From positions 164,842 through 228,841 of the forward strand of contig JAZQJD010000026.1 of assembly GCA_045541435.1 (NCBI GenBank): a stretch of 64,000 bases of DNA, in the 5' to 3' direction. Shown here one piece after another: positions 21,579 to 31,920 of this stretch. The stretch is from Acutalibacteraceae bacterium. GTDB lineage: Bacteria; Bacillota; Clostridia; Oscillospirales; Acutalibacteraceae. Below the pieces are notes generated by a model, which was not told where the DNA came from, searched no databases, and saw only the letters and a program-made list of their open reading frames with translations. A program made the position numbers and the translations under genes. Numbering within the stretch: position 1 is the first letter of the stretch; each line of letters opens with the position of its first letter.

Positions 21579-22346
21579 TTAAACGCTTGCTGCTTTAACA
21601 ATTACAGAGAAATCTGCTGCTTTAAGAGATGCACCGCCGATAAGACCGCCGTCAACATCAACCTGAGCTAAAAGCTCTGCTGCGTTACCTGCATTCATAG
21701 AACCGCCATACTGAATTGTTACGCGGCTTGCACATTTGGGGCAATAGATTTCACCAAGAACCTCACGGATTGCATGGTTAACTTCATTTGCCTGCTCTGC
21801 TGTTGCAGTTTCGCCTGTACCAATAGCCCAAACGGGTTCGTAAGCGATGATAATTCTGTCAAGCTCTTCAGCTAAAACGCCTTGAAGAGCGATTTTTGTC
21901 TGAGAACGAACAACTTCCATTGTAACGCCTTTTTTACGTTCATCGAGAAGCTCGCCAACGCAAAGGATTACTGTAAGACCGCTGTCAAGAGCTGCTCTTA
22001 CTCTCTTATTAACTGTTTCATCAGTTTCGCCGAAATACTGTCTTCTTTCGGAGTGACCGATAATAACATATTCAACACCGATAGCTTTAAGCATGGGAGC
22101 AGAAACTTCACCTGTGAAAGCACCGCTTTCTGCCCAGTGGCAATTTTCTGCACCAATTTTGATATTGGAGCCTGCAGCTGCTTCCTGTGCTGCAAAAATG
22201 TCGATATAAGGAACGCAGAGAACTACGTCGCAATCAGCATCTGCAACAAGGGGTTTCATTTCGTTGATGATAGCTTTTGCTTCATCGGGAGTTTTGTTCA
22301 TTTTCCAGTTACCTGCGATAACTGCTTTACGAAGTGATTTATCCAT
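21579..22346 (-). CDS. tpiA: Triosephosphate isomerase
   Basis: AGNWKMN motif. Start moved to MDKSLRK, where an AAAGG RBS sits 9 nt upstream. Confidence 0.95.
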   Translation of the reverse strand: MDKSLRKAVIAGNWKMNKTPDEAKAIINEMKPLVADADCDVVLCVPYIDIFAAQEAAAGSNIKIGAENCHWAESGAFTGEVSAPMLKAIGVEYVIIGHSERRQYFGETDETVNKRVRAALDSGLTVILCVGELLDERKKGVTMEVVRSQTKIALQGVLAEELDRIIIAYEPVWAIGTGETATAEQANEVNHAIREVLGEIYCPKCASRVTIQYGGSMNAGNAAELLAQVDVDGGLIGGASLKAADFSVIVKAASV

Positions 22347-22547
22347 ATCAATTAAACCTTTCACTAAAAATTCGAAATTCGGAATTCGAAATTCGGAATT
22401 ATGTGGCTAAGCCATAATTAAAAGTATTTATTAAACTAACTGAGCAGTGATAAATAATAGAGTGCGCATAATGTGCTTTTTAGGCACCCCGAAGCGTATA
22501 AAGATACGCGAGTTCGGGTGACTAAAATGCGCAGGATGTGTGCTATA

Positions 22548-23759
22548 TTATTTATCGTTAACTGCTTCGATACCGGGAAGTGCTTTACCCTCAAGGAATT
22601 CGAGAGATGCGCCGCCACCTGTTGAGATGTGAGTCATCTTAGCACCGAAGCCGAGAGTGTTAACTGCTGCTGCAGAGTCGCCACCACCGATAATTGTAAC
22701 TGCATCTGTTTCAGCAAGAGATTTAGCAACTGCAATAGTACCTTTTGCAAGAACGGGGTTTTCGAAAACGCCCATAGGTCCGTTCCAAACAACTGTTTTT
22801 GCAGCTTTAACTGCTTCTGCATAAAGCTCTGCTGTTTTTGTACCGATATCAAGACCCATCATATCAGCAGGAATCTTGTCAGCATCGCAAACAGAAACTT
22901 CAATTTCAGCATCGATAGGATTGGGGAAATCCTTTGCGATTGTAACATCAACAGGAAGAAGAATCTGAACGCCTTTTTCCTCTGCTTTAGCAAGCATATC
23001 TTTACAATAGTCAATCTTTGTTTCATCAAGGAGAGATGTACCTACGCCATAGCCTTTAGCTGCAAGGAATGTGTAAGCCATACCGCCACCGATAATAAGA
23101 GTATCTGCTTTGTTAAGAAGATTCTCGATAACATTGAGCTTATCAGCAACCTTTGCACCACCGAGAATTGTAACGAAAGGTCTCTGAGGATCTTCAACAG
23201 CATTGCCAAGGTATTTGAGCTCTTTACCCATAAGGTAACCAACTGCAGCTTCTTCAACGAAGGAAGCAACACCAACTGTTGAGCAGTGTGCTCTGTGAGC
23301 AGCACCGAAAGCATCGTTTACATAGATATCGCAAAGAGAAGCAAGTTCTTTTGAGAATGCTTCACCATTCTTTGTTTCTTCGGGACGGAAACGAGTGTTC
23401 TGAAGAAGAACAACATCGCCATCTTTCATTTCTGCTACTGCCTTTTTAGCATTTTCGCCAACAACAACATCGTCTGCTGCGAAAACAACGTCCTTACCGA
23501 GAAGCTCGGAAAGTCTTTTTGCTACCGGAGCAAGGCTTTCTTTTTCATTGGGGCCGTTTTTAACTTTGCCGAGGTGAGAGCAAAGGATAACTTGAGCACC
23601 ATCATCGAGAAGCTTTTTGATTGTGGGGAGAGCGGCTGTAATACGGTTTTCGTCTGTAATAACGCCATCTTTAAGCGGAACGTTAAAATCGCAACGAACA
23701 AGTACCTTTTTGCCTTTTGCGTTGATATCATCAACTGTTTTCTTGTTTAAAAGACCCAT
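22548..23759 (-). CDS. pgk: Phosphoglycerate kinase
   Basis: RCDFNVP motif and length (403 aa). Confidence 0.95.
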   Translation of the reverse strand: MGLLNKKTVDDINAKGKKVLVRCDFNVPLKDGVITDENRITAALPTIKKLLDDGAQVILCSHLGKVKNGPNEKESLAPVAKRLSELLGKDVVFAADDVVVGENAKKAVAEMKDGDVVLLQNTRFRPEETKNGEAFSKELASLCDIYVNDAFGAAHRAHCSTVGVASFVEEAAVGYLMGKELKYLGNAVEDPQRPFVTILGGAKVADKLNVIENLLNKADTLIIGGGMAYTFLAAKGYGVGTSLLDETKIDYCKDMLAKAEEKGVQILLPVDVTIAKDFPNPIDAEIEVSVCDADKIPADMMGLDIGTKTAELYAEAVKAAKTVVWNGPMGVFENPVLAKGTIAVAKSLAETDAVTIIGGGDSAAAVNTLGFGAKMTHISTGGGASLEFLEGKALPGIEAVNDK

Positions 23760-23915
23760 TTTTGATTACTCCTTTTAACATTTTTATATTGTTAATTTTT
23801 TACCGAATATATTTTATACTAATTCCCCTATTTTTTCAAGAGAATTTCTCATTTTTCGACCTATCATTTTTAACATTCTTTTATAAGCTTGAACCCATAT
23901 TTTTGTTATGTTAGG

Positions 23916-24575
23916 CTAAACGGTCATTTTTTCTCTTATTTCTTTTAAAATTTTCTTTTCTCTTCTTGAAACCTGCACCTGTGACATTCCTAATTTACAG
24001 GCTACTTCCGTCTGAGTTTTTGACATAAAATATCGCAGTTCAATGAGCTTTCTGTCTTTTTCGTTAAGTTCATTTATACACTTATCAAGGGTTAATTTTT
24101 CATTGATTTTTTCTTCCTCGCTATCAACAGGTATCTCAAACTGTTTTTCATCATTTTCACTGTCACCCGAGGTAAGCGAAATAACAGGCTGAGATGCCAG
24201 TAAAAGCTCACTTGTTTCATAAACGCTCAGCCCTACTCTTTCCGCAATTTCTGTTAAAGTCGGTTCATACCCCTTTTCATTTTCGAGCCTTTCTTTTTCC
24301 AGCCAGATTTCTCTTGAACGCTCTTTTATTGACCGACTGACTTTAACAGCTCCTCCATCACGAAAAATTCGTTTCATTTCACCTAATATGGCAGGTACTG
24401 CATAGGTTGAAAAAACGAATCCAAGACTTTCATCGAATCCATCCGCTGCCTTAATAAGACCTACGCAACCCGCTTGAAACAAATCATCATACTCTACGCC
24501 CCGATTTTTAAACCTTTGAGCACAGGAATGAACAAGACCTAAATTATCATTTATTCTTTTTTCTCTTGGGGTCAT
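23916..24575 (-). CDS. sigF: Sporulation sigma factor SigF
   Basis: Sigma-70 regions 2-4. ATGA overlap with spoIIAB. Third gene of the spoIIA operon. Confidence 0.8.
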   Translation of the reverse strand: MTPREKRINDNLGLVHSCAQRFKNRGVEYDDLFQAGCVGLIKAADGFDESLGFVFSTYAVPAILGEMKRIFRDGGAVKVSRSIKERSREIWLEKERLENEKGYEPTLTEIAERVGLSVYETSELLLASQPVISLTSGDSENDEKQFEIPVDSEEEKINEKLTLDKCINELNEKDRKLIELRYFMSKTQTEVACKLGMSQVQVSRREKKILKEIREKMTV

Positions 24576-25006
24576 TTTGTTTTACCGCAAATTCTTTTCT
24601 CGATTGTTACTGTTGTGCCCACTCCCACCTTTGAGCGAACCCGAAGCTTATCGGAAAAGCTTTCCATAACAGAAAAGCCCAAGCCCGAGCGATCACCGCC
24701 AACGCTTGTATAAAGAGGCTCCCTCGCCTTTTCAACATCTTCAATTCCGCAACCTTTGTCACGAACAGTTATACGGACAATTCCCTCTTCAAAAACTGAA
24801 CAGGTTATGTAGATTTTTCCTATTGTGTTTTTATAGGCGTGAACAATGCAATTTGTTACCGCCTCGCTTACAACAGTTTTAATATCACCTAATTCTTCAA
24901 CTGTCATATCAAGCTGAGATGAAAAGGCTGAAACTGCCATACGGGAAAAGCTTTCATTAACAGAACGACTGTCGAACACCATTTTCAATTCATTTATCTT
25001 CTTCAT
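24572..25006 (-). CDS. spoIIAB: Anti-sigma F factor (Ser kinase) SpoIIAB
   Basis: GHKL ATPase motifs (GLGF) in a 144-aa ORF. Confidence 0.85.
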   Translation of the reverse strand: MKKINELKMVFDSRSVNESFSRMAVSAFSSQLDMTVEELGDIKTVVSEAVTNCIVHAYKNTIGKIYITCSVFEEGIVRITVRDKGCGIEDVEKAREPLYTSVGGDRSGLGFSVMESFSDKLRVRSKVGVGTTVTIEKRICGKTK

Positions 25007-25332
25007 ATATACACCTCATTTTTCATATTAATTTCGGCCAATTTTTCTATTCCGGACATTTTCATAATGGTGTAATCTCTTTTTGAAAGATTATTAACTT
25101 TCAATTTTTTACCCCTACCCGAAGCAAGACGATACCGCCCCATAACAAGACCTACTCCCGAGCTATCCATAAAGGTTACATCATAAAAATCGAGAACAAG
25201 AGCATTGATATTTTCAACGCTCACAAAGGCATCATCAATTTCATCTCTTATTCCCGGTACTGTATGGTGGTCTATTTCACCCTTAATAAATGCAGTTAAT
25301 GTGCCGTTTCTGTTTTTAAAAGTTACAGGCAT
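25003..25332 (-). CDS. spoIIAA: Anti-sigma F factor antagonist SpoIIAA (STAS domain)
   Basis: STAS domain with the phosphorylatable Ser region (FMDSSGVG). Confidence 0.8.
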   Translation of the reverse strand: MPVTFKNRNGTLTAFIKGEIDHHTVPGIRDEIDDAFVSVENINALVLDFYDVTFMDSSGVGLVMGRYRLASGRGKKLKVNNLSKRDYTIMKMSGIEKLAEINMKNEVYI

Positions 25333-25463
25333 ATTTACTCCTCCTTTTGAATATATTTTAAGTTTAACTTTTTACTACAGAGAAAATTGTCACATAAAGA
25401 CGAGAAAATAAAAAAAGAATTGTGTTACTCACTGATAACACAATTCTTTATAGTTATTAGGTT

Positions 25464-28400
25464 TTAGATAATTCCGTCTTCCTTCAAGAATTTGATAAGA
25501 CGCTCTGTATTCTTTCCGTCACGGAAATTAACAAGCTTTGAATACTTATTTTTCTGTTCTTCAGTCTGAAGATTGTTATAGTTTTTCTCAATAATCTCAC
25601 CGAGATTTTCATCGTTATAGGCAAAATCGCCGTAAACGTTTTCTTCATTAAGCATAAGAACAGTTGATGGACCATACTGCATCATACAATAATCTTTTTC
25701 TTCCCAATAGAATATTACTCTTGCACCACGATAGAAGGCATCATATGCTATTGAAGAATAGTCTGTAATAAGAACGGCGGTATCTTTAAGAATATCGTCA
25801 TATCTTGCATCAAGAACTATTTTCTTGGTAAGAGTTTCAGAAAGCTTACTGAGTTCATTCACAATAAGCGGATGAGGAAGAATTATAACCTTTTCTTTAA
25901 GCTGCTCGGGAACTGCATCATAAAGCTTCATAAGCATTTTAAAGTACGGAGTCTGAGTGAAGTCTGTTCTTGCTTCATTGATTTCCCACGGTCTCCAGGT
26001 AGGCATAATAACAATTTTGTCTGCATTTTCGTTATGAGTGTTACGGTCAAATTTAGGAAGACCGGTTATATAAATATCCTCGTCGTAGTGTCTTCCTAAT
26101 GTTGTAAAATGGTCAGCCTCTGCCTGAGATGAAACGACAACTCTGTATTTTCCGTTTAAATTTTTTCTCTTAAACATTTTTCGTGACTCGGAATTTAGAG
26201 AAACCATATACATAACACCATGCTGCAAGAATACATAGTTCAGATTTTTACTTGCAATTTTCTTCAAGGCAAGAAGATTGAAGGTTTTAAGATCAATCGA
26301 GTGGGCGATTGCCTCTGTACCTATGAATGTTTTGGATTTAAAGAAATACAAATAGTGCTTAAACGAATATTTATAAATAATATTGCTCAAGTATCTCTCC
26401 GGAATTCTGTCAAAAAACTCATAATCCTTAGTTACGATGAAATATGCATTTTTATAGCCCGAATCAATAAGGTTTTCAAAAAGCACGCTCGCACTTTCTT
26501 CATATTTTGAAGAGTTTTTCTCATAAAGAAGAACAAGCTTCTTTGCTTTTTCAGAATGCCATAAAAGTGACAGCCCATAAGCCACAACCTGCTTTACTCT
26601 GTGAGAAATTTTATCAGTAACATTAACTGAACGAACATAAATATTAAGTCTTTGCTTCTGAGATTGTCTGAAAATTGCAACAGTTGAGCTTTCTTTATCA
26701 ATATTCATCGGCCCACGAAGGCCAAGGAACATTTTAAGCAATGACCAATATATAATATGGCATTGAACAATAAAACCGTATTGGTCCTTATATTCAAGTG
26801 CAACCATATTTGTTGCAGGAAGATTTATAACATCCGACATAGGAACGCTGAAAGAATAAATACCAAAATGAGATTTTTTTGCTTTCTTTTTGGAAGCAAA
26901 ATACTTTGGCTTATAACGATTTTCGCCAACATAAATAACTGTATCTTTTAAAGCTACGGGTTTTGGAGTTGTAAGCCGGAACAAGCTGATGCATTTAAGC
27001 TTCCCTGCTTTATTATAATACAAGGGAAGGATATTCTTCATTCGGGATTTTTTCCTTAAACTCGCATGTGCCTCACCGGTTTCATTGTTCTCAACATAAG
27101 CCTTATTTTCTGCTTCAAAAAGGTCAACAGTTACAAAATTGTTTATCTTTTCGAACTTATAAACGAAATCATTAATTTTCTTCGTTTTGTTTGCAACTGC
27201 GAAGAAATCACCATGCTTTACATTTTTCTTTTCACCTTTAAGTTTATTGAGAAGTCCCGCAATAATTACATTACCGCAAGAAAAATCAACTACCATATTA
27301 GGCTCGAAGGAATAGAACATCCTCTTGGCTTCTCTTTCAAAGAAAGCTGAAAGAGTTTCACCGCAAACAACTTTACCAAATAATCTGAAAACAAGGAATA
27401 CAAAAAACTCCTTAAATGTGAATTGGAATGCATTTAATAATCCATAAAGTGTTATAGCAGGGTCAATAGCCTCTATTGCATCCTTTTTCTTCTGAGAAAG
27501 ATTACGACGATACGCAACAATATACTTATACTCCGGATTTTGCTCTTTAAAAATCCTCAAGCCATCAAAATGGGCATCGGGAAGCACACCTGCATAAACG
27601 AGGCAGATTTTCTTGTTTTCGGGATTTGTGGTTTCAATTTTATAAACTTCACTCTCCCCTGTTACAAGCATTTCAAAGAGTTTTTCGCAGCTATCTATAC
27701 TGCCGTTGGGACAATATTCATCCAAAAATTCTTGAGAAACCTCATAAGGCTTCTGCATTTCTTTGACTACATCTTCAACCTTTTCCACGATGGCAAAAGG
27801 CAAATCCTCAAAGGGCATATAGGTTCCGCGGGTGCTGAGATATTTTTCTTTATCATAAGCAAAAAGAATAACTTTTTTACCTGTAATAGCAAAATCGAAA
27901 AAAACGCTTGAATAGTCTGTAACAAGTCCGTCACAGGCATTCAAAATTTCATAGGTATCATAATCGCCGCTGAAATACTCAACATGCTTATATTTATCGC
28001 AATTAATTTCTGAAGACAAAAGAAAATGCAAATTCACAAGAAGAACGGAAGAATCATCCAGCTTTTCATCAAATTCTCTGAGAATTTCCTCTGTTTCCTT
28101 GATGCTTGCCGCCTTTTGAGTATCGTTTGCCGCATCTCTCCATGTGGGCATATATGCATAGATTTTCTTACCTTCGTAACCAAGCTTTTTCTTCATTTCC
28201 ACGCCTGCTTGAGCATCATAGAAAATATAGTTTCTCGGGTAATTGGCAATAAGACTTTTACCTTTGTAAATATCACGAAGATAATAGTCATCCATAAACA
28301 CGTTTCTTGTAAACTCGTTCGGAAAAAGTGCATAGTCACTCATAAGATAGTTTTTCTGAACATTACCGATTGAGCTAAGGCTTGATTTATTGGCTTTACC

Positions 28401-28817
28401 TAAAGTTTTCAAGGGTGTTCCATGCCATGTGTTAAAGAAAATCTGCTCTTCCCTTTTATTAAAATAAGGCGGAAATGAGTTATCTGTCATAACATATTTT
28501 GCTGTTGCAAGATGTTTAAGATATTGCTTTGAGTTTCTAACAGAGAGAATAACATCCTTAAAGCCATAAAACGCCATACGTTTTTTAGCCTTTTCGATGG
28601 TATCTTCCGTTACAACAAAGGCACAGGTATACTCAGCCCATCTGGGATTTGTTTTCAGCTCTTTAAGCATAGAAAACATATTACCGTTAATATTTGAGCC
28701 TTGTCCACCTTCTAAAAGAACAAGCTTTTCATCAATGGGCAATTTGCAATATTCAATATATGCGGGCTCACAATTATTCTTAAAGCTTTTTAATCTTTTG
28801 ATAATCTTTTTTACCAT
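25464..28817 (-). CDS. Tandem-domain CDP-glycerol glycerophosphotransferase (two TagF-like domains)
   Basis: Two TagF-type DYSS motif regions (LVTDYSSVFFDF and LITDYSSIAYDAF) in a 1117-aa ORF. Confidence 0.75.
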   Translation of the reverse strand: MVKKIIKRLKSFKNNCEPAYIEYCKLPIDEKLVLLEGGQGSNINGNMFSMLKELKTNPRWAEYTCAFVVTEDTIEKAKKRMAFYGFKDVILSVRNSKQYLKHLATAKYVMTDNSFPPYFNKREEQIFFNTWHGTPLKTLGKANKSSLSSIGNVQKNYLMSDYALFPNEFTRNVFMDDYYLRDIYKGKSLIANYPRNYIFYDAQAGVEMKKKLGYEGKKIYAYMPTWRDAANDTQKAASIKETEEILREFDEKLDDSSVLLVNLHFLLSSEINCDKYKHVEYFSGDYDTYEILNACDGLVTDYSSVFFDFAITGKKVILFAYDKEKYLSTRGTYMPFEDLPFAIVEKVEDVVKEMQKPYEVSQEFLDEYCPNGSIDSCEKLFEMLVTGESEVYKIETTNPENKKICLVYAGVLPDAHFDGLRIFKEQNPEYKYIVAYRRNLSQKKKDAIEAIDPAITLYGLLNAFQFTFKEFFVFLVFRLFGKVVCGETLSAFFEREAKRMFYSFEPNMVVDFSCGNVIIAGLLNKLKGEKKNVKHGDFFAVANKTKKINDFVYKFEKINNFVTVDLFEAENKAYVENNETGEAHASLRKKSRMKNILPLYYNKAGKLKCISLFRLTTPKPVALKDTVIYVGENRYKPKYFASKKKAKKSHFGIYSFSVPMSDVINLPATNMVALEYKDQYGFIVQCHIIYWSLLKMFLGLRGPMNIDKESSTVAIFRQSQKQRLNIYVRSVNVTDKISHRVKQVVAYGLSLLWHSEKAKKLVLLYEKNSSKYEESASVLFENLIDSGYKNAYFIVTKDYEFFDRIPERYLSNIIYKYSFKHYLYFFKSKTFIGTEAIAHSIDLKTFNLLALKKIASKNLNYVFLQHGVMYMVSLNSESRKMFKRKNLNGKYRVVVSSQAEADHFTTLGRHYDEDIYITGLPKFDRNTHNENADKIVIMPTWRPWEINEARTDFTQTPYFKMLMKLYDAVPEQLKEKVIILPHPLIVNELSKLSETLTKKIVLDARYDDILKDTAVLITDYSSIAYDAFYRGARVIFYWEEKDYCMMQYGPSTVLMLNEENVYGDFAYNDENLGEIIEKNYNNLQTEEQKNKYSKLVNFRDGKNTERLIKFLKEDGII

Positions 28818-28852
28818 TTCTAAACTCCATCAGATACAATGAAATATTTCAA

Positions 28853-29284
28853 TTATGTTCTCGGAACCTGGTCAACCCCATCAACAGTTTCTTGGAGCTG
28901 AAGGTCATTTTTAATCATTGTTGTTGAAACACCGGGGGTTCTTTCAAGGAATTTAACCTCGCAATATTCTTTAAGATAGTCAAATTTATCGCTACCTGCC
29001 CAGTCATCCCCCATAACAACGACATCAATTTTATAATCCTTAATATCTTGAATTTTCTGTTCCCAGTTATTTTCGGGAATAACAAGGTCAACATATCTGA
29101 TTGCTTCAAGCATTTTTTTGCGGGTTTCATAGCTATGGTATGCTTTTTTACCCTTTGTAGCGTTGAATTCATCCGTCGAAAGAGCAACAACAAGATAGTC
29201 ACCTAACTCTTTTGCTCTTTTCAAAATTCTGATATGTCCGTAATGCAATAAATCAAATGTACCATAGGTTAAAATTCTTTTCAT
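28853..29284 (-). CDS. tagD: Glycerol-3-phosphate cytidylyltransferase
   Basis: YGTFDLLHYGHIRIL nucleotidyltransferase motif in a 143-aa ORF. Confidence 0.9.
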   Translation of the reverse strand: MKRILTYGTFDLLHYGHIRILKRAKELGDYLVVALSTDEFNATKGKKAYHSYETRKKMLEAIRYVDLVIPENNWEQKIQDIKDYKIDVVVMGDDWAGSDKFDYLKEYCEVKFLERTPGVSTTMIKNDLQLQETVDGVDQVPRT

Positions 29285-29299
29285 TTTAATACCCCTCTA

Positions 29300-30397
29300 T
29301 CACAATTTGTTGCAAATAATACCTGCTAATTTTTTGGTATTATCTGTACCTTTATTTTCAACATATTTATCTGAAAACCTTTTAAGGTTATCAAAATCAT
29401 AATCATCATTCTGAATTGAGTTAATTAACTCATTTTCTTTTTCAAAACAAGCATCTGAAAATTCATTTTTTATTTCAATATTCAAGCCCTTTTCTGCTTT
29501 ATACTTCTCATAATCGGGAACATAAAACCACAATGGCTTATCCAACAACGAACACTCAATAGCAGTTGCAGAATAATCAGAAATTATACCATCTGAAAGC
29601 TTCGCCAAATCATAGGTTGAAAAACTGCCGTTAAATGCATATTCCTGTGAAGTTTTTGTTGCGGGATGGGGCGAAACTACCAAAGCATATTCTTCGTTAT
29701 TCTTAAAAGCATCAAAAAGGTTTTTGATATAAAAAGTATCATCATCTCGGAATGTAGGCAGATATACGATTATCTTTTTATTTCTATACTGAGGATTAAG
29801 CTCAATAAACTCTTCATTGCGAGAATTGCCATCCAGAATAACATCAACTCTCGGGAGAGATGCAATTAAAATTTGATTTTCCGTGCAACCAAATGCCTCA
29901 CAATAAAACCCACCGGTTTTCTTTGATGGTGCAATTACAAAATCATAGTTTTTATGCATAGACATTGCTTTTGCAACACCCAAATCCCTGCCTTGTGCTT
30001 TTCCGGCAGACTGCAGGCTGAATTTTTTAACCGCACCTAAAGCGTGCCATATCTGAAATACGGTTAGACTTTCTTTATGATTGAGGCAAGAAACGGGAAT
30101 TGAATAAGTATCTGTTACAGCTACTTTAGCAGATGCTATTTCCCACATATCTCTTAAAATAAAGAAAATATAAGAAACAGAAAGACCACTTTCATTTTCA
30201 AGACGACGAAGTCTGAAAACCTGCTTTGTTTCAGGTGAAATTTTTGAAATTTCATCCGAAAGCATTTTCATATCCTCGGATTTTTCGTTGCTTTGACGAG
30301 AAAGCCAGACTATTTTATTTTCTGTTTTTCTGAGTTTCATAAAGGCATAAAGAGCTCTTATGAAAACAACAAAAAGTTTTATAATTATCAATTTCAT
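29300..30397 (-). CDS. CDP-glycerol glycerophosphotransferase (TagB/TagF family)
   Basis: Single TagF-like domain with an ISDYSAT motif. Confidence 0.75.
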   Translation of the reverse strand: MKLIIIKLFVVFIRALYAFMKLRKTENKIVWLSRQSNEKSEDMKMLSDEISKISPETKQVFRLRRLENESGLSVSYIFFILRDMWEIASAKVAVTDTYSIPVSCLNHKESLTVFQIWHALGAVKKFSLQSAGKAQGRDLGVAKAMSMHKNYDFVIAPSKKTGGFYCEAFGCTENQILIASLPRVDVILDGNSRNEEFIELNPQYRNKKIIVYLPTFRDDDTFYIKNLFDAFKNNEEYALVVSPHPATKTSQEYAFNGSFSTYDLAKLSDGIISDYSATAIECSLLDKPLWFYVPDYEKYKAEKGLNIEIKNEFSDACFEKENELINSIQNDDYDFDNLKRFSDKYVENKGTDNTKKLAGIICNKL

Positions 30398-30496
30398 AAA
30401 ACACCTTACAAAATCATATATAGTCTATTATATTTTATTCTAATTATATCGGTTTGTCAAGGTAACACAATGTATTGAAAAAAAGAAAGCTGTATG

Positions 30497-30700
30497 ATAG
30501 AATAGCTTTGTTATCAGGGGAAACAGGTGAAAATCCTGTACGAGCCCGTCGCCGTGAGGTGCATTATTGTTTTTATTCTACCTGTTGCCGCAAAGCAGGG
30601 ACAAGCCATTGGATTTTTCCGAGAAGGCGAATTAAAACGCACTAAGTCGAAATACCCGTTAACGCTAACTCTTTTAAAGACATTGTCTTGACTGCGAGTG
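30497..30700 (+). ncRNA. Cobalamin (B12) riboswitch
   Basis: GGGAAACAGGTGAAAATCC...GCCCGTCGCCGTGA core, a downstream GCCATTGG...GAGAAGGC segment and an AGTCGAAATACC B12-box-like segment. Located in the 5' leader of a DUF4430/ECF-S operon. Confidence 0.7.
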
Positions 30701-30746
30701 CCGGTTTTAACCAAAAGAGGAATATTTTTATAAAGGAGTTTTCAAA

Positions 30747-31214
30747 ATGAAAATGACACGCAGTAAAAAAGCGTTGTCGTTCATCCTTTGTATCGTGCTT
30801 ATTGCGGCTATTGCACTGTTTACAACTGCATGTAACGACAACAAAACAGACGATACTACCTCCACAACAAACGATGCGGTATCAACAACAGAAAGTCCTG
30901 AAGCAACCGTTCTTGGCAAGGGTGAAACCAAATTCACCTTCACAGTGACAGACCTTGAGGGCAAGGAAACAGTTTTTGAAATCAACACAGATAAGAAAAC
31001 TGTTGGCGAAGCACTTTTAGAGCTTGAGCTTATTGCAGGTGAGCAAGGTAATCCTGGACTTCTGGTAAATACCGTAAACGGCAAAACACTCGACTACAAC
31101 AAAGACGGTGCTTACTGGGCGTTTTATATTGATGGCGAATATGCAACAAACGGTGTTGACACAACCGAAATAGTTGCAGGAACTACTTATACATTCAAGG
31201 CTGAAAAAGCATGA
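30747..31214 (+). CDS. DUF4430 lipoprotein (B12-binding accessory, BtuG-like)
   Basis: Lipobox (TTAC) followed by a low-complexity linker and a DUF4430-like C-terminus. Sits downstream of the riboswitch. Confidence 0.7.
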   Translation: MKMTRSKKALSFILCIVLIAAIALFTTACNDNKTDDTTSTTNDAVSTTESPEATVLGKGETKFTFTVTDLEGKETVFEINTDKKTVGEALLELELIAGEQGNPGLLVNTVNGKTLDYNKDGAYWAFYIDGEYATNGVDTTEIVAGTTYTFKAEKA

Positions 31215-31732
31215 AACTAAAGCTTAAAGAGGCGGTAATTTTTGGTATGCTGGGTGCGGTTATGTATGCATCAAAGGTGTTACTTGATGTTTTACCCAAC
31301 ATTCATCTAATAGGTACTTTTATCGTAGCAATAACTATTGTTTACAGAAAAAAAGCCCTATACCCTATTTACATTTTTGTGTTCCTTACAGGGCTTCTTG
31401 GTGGCTTTAATATGTGGTGGATTCCCTACTTATACATCTGGGCACTCCTTTGGGGCGTGGTAATACTTTTACCCAAAAAACTCCCACCGAAAGCAGCACC
31501 GATTATATATGCGGTCGTTTGCTCCTTGCACGGTTTTTTATATGGCGTTATTTATGCACCTGCACAAGCTCTGATGTTCGGGCTTGATTTTAAAGGAATG
31601 ATTGCTTGGATTGCAGCAGGTCTTCCATTCGATTTAATTCACGGTGTAAGTAATTTCATAAGCGGATTGCTTTTGATTGTGCCTATTATTTCAGTTCTGA
31701 AAGTTGCAGAAAAAACTGCAAGAAAAACATAA
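31211..31732 (+). CDS. ECF transporter S-component (putative cobalamin-specific, CbrT-like)
   Basis: Small ORF with about 5 TM helices that overlaps the DUF4430 gene stop. Followed by a terminator. Confidence 0.65.
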   Translation: MKLKLKEAVIFGMLGAVMYASKVLLDVLPNIHLIGTFIVAITIVYRKKALYPIYIFVFLTGLLGGFNMWWIPYLYIWALLWGVVILLPKKLPPKAAPIIYAVVCSLHGFLYGVIYAPAQALMFGLDFKGMIAWIAAGLPFDLIHGVSNFISGLLLIVPIISVLKVAEKTARKT

Positions 31733-31735
31733 AAA

Positions 31736-31780
31736 ACGACTGTTTCTAATTACAGATTAGAAACAGTCGTTATTCTTATT
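31736..31780 (+). terminator. Rho-independent terminator
   Basis: Hairpin ACGACTGTTTCTAAT...ATTAGAAACAGTCGT followed by a T-rich tail. Confidence 0.7.
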
Positions 31781-31920
31781 AATAATCATCTATACGGGCT
31801 GTTAGATTTAGATGCAGAAGCCGTTTTCTCGCTTCGAAGGTGTATACAGATACTCCGAGTGAGCAAAAAACGGCTAAAAAGATTTTAATCTTTTGTTCTG
31901 CGCTAAATATAGCAGTCCGA

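Noticed and set aside
30514-31084. Minus-strand ORFs 30514-30714 (66 aa) and 30728-31084 (118 aa)
   Set aside because: They lie antisense to the cobalamin riboswitch and to the DUF4430 gene. They have low-complexity Ser/Pro-rich composition typical of shadow ORFs.
31781-31920. Possible small RNA or terminator between the ECF-S operon and hisIE
   Set aside because: Only a weak 9-bp stem (AGCCGTTTT/AAAACGGCT) with a 40-nt loop. It is not convincing as a discrete element.
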